A stretch of DNA of 64,000 nt from the NCBI GenBank assembly GCA_947503625.1, contig CANNEK010000001.1:550152-614151 (forward strand). The letters are read 5' to 3'. The position numbers and the translations under genes were made by a program. Under the pieces are notes generated by a model, which had not been told where the DNA came from, did not search any database, and saw only the letters and a list, made by a program, of their open reading frames with translations. Each line of letters opens with the position of its first letter. The stretch's first letter is position 1. Below, piece by piece: positions 61,861 to 64,000 of the stretch. The stretch comes from an uncultured Kordiimonas sp. (GTDB lineage Bacteria > Pseudomonadota > Alphaproteobacteria > Sphingomonadales > Kordiimonadaceae).

Positions 61861-63447
61861 TTAATTTTGATCGCACGAGGCACCGGAAGCCATCGCCTCG
61901 TCATCAAGATCAACCTCGAAAACCGAGACATTTTTCCCTTGAAAAACCGGCAATAAAAAAAGCGGCAAAACCAGACTTTCAGAACCCGCATTTGACACCA
62001 TCAGATAGTCAATGTCCGCAAACCGGCACATCCAGTACAAATTTTCTTTTTCCAACGGATCTGGCTTTTCGGCGGCTTGCGCCGGGGGCACCATAATAGA
62101 CGGCGCACGTTCCGCTAGTGTCCGGTATGCTTCAACAAATTTTATCGGCTGTTGCCCGGGGTGCGCAAACAGATTGGGAACGAAGGCTGCTTTCTCGATA
62201 ATGGCGAGGGTAGAATAGTGCTGATGCGGCGGGTTAGCGAACCATCGGTCGGACTGAAGGTAAAAGTAGGTGCCCAGCCGGGCACCACGAGGTAAATGCC
62301 CGATAGCAGCCTTATATTCCGGCAACACATCCCGGTCCGCCCTCACCCAGTTTTCTGTCACAACCCCAATACGGACCGCAAACAAAACAATGAGAGCGCC
62401 GGTCAGGCTGACAACTACGGTGCGGCTACCCTTAACAAGATCAACCGATGCAATAGCGATGAACAGGAGAGGAAAAAATGTACGCAAGTCGGCGCCCGGG
62501 CTACTCATGAGATATTGCGGCATGGCAAAGTGTGTCACGGTCAAAAGCACCAACACACCCAACATATCCTTTTTAATGGTGATTGCCCTTAGAACCAAAA
62601 GAGCAAGAACCAGCCCCGCCACGAGACCAAATGTGAAGATGTCCAGTGGCAACGAGTAATTATTGAACGTCATGAACGGAACGGTAAAAAGTTTCCGGCT
62701 AAAGTCCCCGAAAGCGAGTCGGCTGACGGCATACTCCGCCGTCGGTGAGAGGAAAAGAAAACATACAACCGGTGCAATAAACTGAACCCCACCAACCAGC
62801 ATGGTTCGCCGCCACACTGGCCAGCAACGATTCTCAGGCTTCAACAAAGACTGCAGTTCGTAGGCGCCAACAGCAAGTGCATAAATTCCAAACGGAAACA
62901 GGTGACAAAAGAACACCAGCAAAGCCATTGCACTGGAAATCACTACACGTTTGGGGGCTGGAGCCTCCCGCAATCTGATCCAAACCGCGAGCGCCACAAG
63001 CATCACGCCCGTCGCCAGCATATAGTTGACCATGCCCCACAACATGATCCGGTTGTAAAACAACAAAACAGCCAACAGGGCAAGGATGCTGAGACTTCCG
63101 TATAGAGTGTAGCGCAAGAACAATACGCCAGCGAGAATTGCCAGAAAAGACAGGCCTACCAGCAAACTGCCTGCAGCATAGAGCGAAAACCAATCGAGTC
63201 CGACCAGAAACCAGTCCATCACAAGGTTGGGTAAAACACCCCAGGCCACCTCATAATATTGGTTCAAGGTTGCATCAGCGCCGTTAGACCTGAGGATATG
63301 CGCCCGCGCCAGGTGATTAGGAAGATCGGCAATAGGTGCCATATCAACGAGAAGAAGCGGCACAAAGCTCCCTAACAACAACAGCAACGCAAGCAATAAA
63401 ATCTGCCGGCCAGAGAAATCATCCCGCATCGGAGCGCCCCCCGGCAT
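61861..63447 (-). CDS. Polytopic membrane protein, predicted GT-C-type glycosyltransferase (GtrC-like); alternative start 63429
   Basis: About 10-12 TM helices, first periplasmic loop PIADLPNHLAR...YYEVAWGVLPNLVMD, soluble C-terminal domain; overlaps the gtrA-like stop. Confidence 0.6.
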   Translation of the reverse strand: MPGGAPMRDDFSGRQILLLALLLLLGSFVPLLLVDMAPIADLPNHLARAHILRSNGADATLNQYYEVAWGVLPNLVMDWFLVGLDWFSLYAAGSLLVGLSFLAILAGVLFLRYTLYGSLSILALLAVLLFYNRIMLWGMVNYMLATGVMLVALAVWIRLREAPAPKRVVISSAMALLVFFCHLFPFGIYALAVGAYELQSLLKPENRCWPVWRRTMLVGGVQFIAPVVCFLFLSPTAEYAVSRLAFGDFSRKLFTVPFMTFNNYSLPLDIFTFGLVAGLVLALLVLRAITIKKDMLGVLVLLTVTHFAMPQYLMSSPGADLRTFFPLLFIAIASVDLVKGSRTVVVSLTGALIVLFAVRIGVVTENWVRADRDVLPEYKAAIGHLPRGARLGTYFYLQSDRWFANPPHQHYSTLAIIEKAAFVPNLFAHPGQQPIKFVEAYRTLAERAPSIMVPPAQAAEKPDPLEKENLYWMCRFADIDYLMVSNAGSESLVLPLFLLPVFQGKNVSVFEVDLDDEAMASGASCDQN

Positions 63448-63820
63448 AATCCTGGTCGTTGTTTTTGAAAACCCAGATTTTGGATAGAATGAAATTTACC
63501 AGCGTTGCGATAACAACGATGACGAGCCAGCTAAAAGACGTGTGAAACCCTGCTGTGGCAGACCATTGGAATGCCAGTGCGGTCATGATCATCAGAGTGC
63601 CCTGAAGCAGAATAAACTTTACGAACGTTGGCCCATGCAACCCTTTTTGGTCAAAAGTGAACCGACTGTTGAGGATGAAACTCCAGCCTATGCCGGTAAG
63701 ATAGCTTACTGACTGGGCTACGAAGGCTTTGACCACAAACTCCGGCAAAAGCGTAAGCGCCAGCATCAAAACAGCATACGACAACAGCGTATTGCTAATC
63801 CCTACAAGGCAAAACTTCAC
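63419..63820 (-). CDS. GtrA-family 4-TM protein
   Basis: KFCLVGISNTLLSY...NSRFTF...F..LQ...NFILSKIWVF. Confidence 0.88.
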   Translation of the reverse strand: MKFCLVGISNTLLSYAVLMLALTLLPEFVVKAFVAQSVSYLTGIGWSFILNSRFTFDQKGLHGPTFVKFILLQGTLMIMTALAFQWSATAGFHTSFSWLVIVVIATLVNFILSKIWVFKNNDQDYAGGRSDAG

Positions 63821-63872
63821 AAATACAGAGATAGCAAGCCCCTAGTGTTCAACCGGTCCGGCAAGGCCGATA

Positions 63873-64000
63873 TCATTTATCATTAACCTGCTCGGCAATC
63901 ACGAAGGGCGGCCGTCCCTGCGCGCCAACATGCAGGCGTGTGATGTAAGACCCGATGATGCCAAGTAATATAAACAGGATACCAAACAACAGAGACGTAA
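63873..64000 (-). CDS. C-terminal fragment of a GtrB/ArnC-like GT2 polyprenol glycosyltransferase (partial; not in ORF track)
   Basis: Manual translation TSLLFGILFILLGIIGSYITRLHVGAQGRPPFVIAEQVNDK*, matching the LG.IG.Y..R......RP...I tail. Confidence 0.7.
   Translation of the reverse strand, partial: TSLLFGILFILLGIIGSYITRLHVGAQGRPPFVIAEQVNDK

Overview
A gene-dense, mostly housekeeping window from a free-living alphaproteobacterium with a Caulobacter-type cell-cycle toolkit (divK-pleD, mipZ, clpS-clpA, CtrA-like boxes, a sigma54 promoter). A Kordiimonadales-like marine organism is my impression only, not tested. Bases 43345-61550 hold the complete str-S10-spc-alpha ribosomal supercluster on the minus strand (rpsL to rplQ). 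The left 43 kb is core metabolism (panC, lipB, argE, pccAB, pgm, dinB, rarA, degP, crcB, rluC, mgtE, tRNA-Leu-GAG) interrupted by small accessory modules. These are a membrane-anchored LytTR regulator divergent from a PDZ-alpha/beta hydrolase, a DUF429-like nuclease plus 5'-nucleotidase pair inside the rarA-crcB cluster, a PEP-CTERM protein divergent from a PrsT-like TPR lipoprotein, and a GtrB-GtrA-GT-C glycosylation cassette upstream of rpsL. I saw no CRISPR array, prophage, transposase, integrase or rRNA. The best leads are an SD-sequestering structured leader on mgtE, a sigma54/ftr-like promoter on an AGDEF-variant diguanylate cyclase, the TM-LytTR/hydrolase module and the surface-glycoprotein modules. 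All product calls come from motif recognition by eye; no database searches were run.
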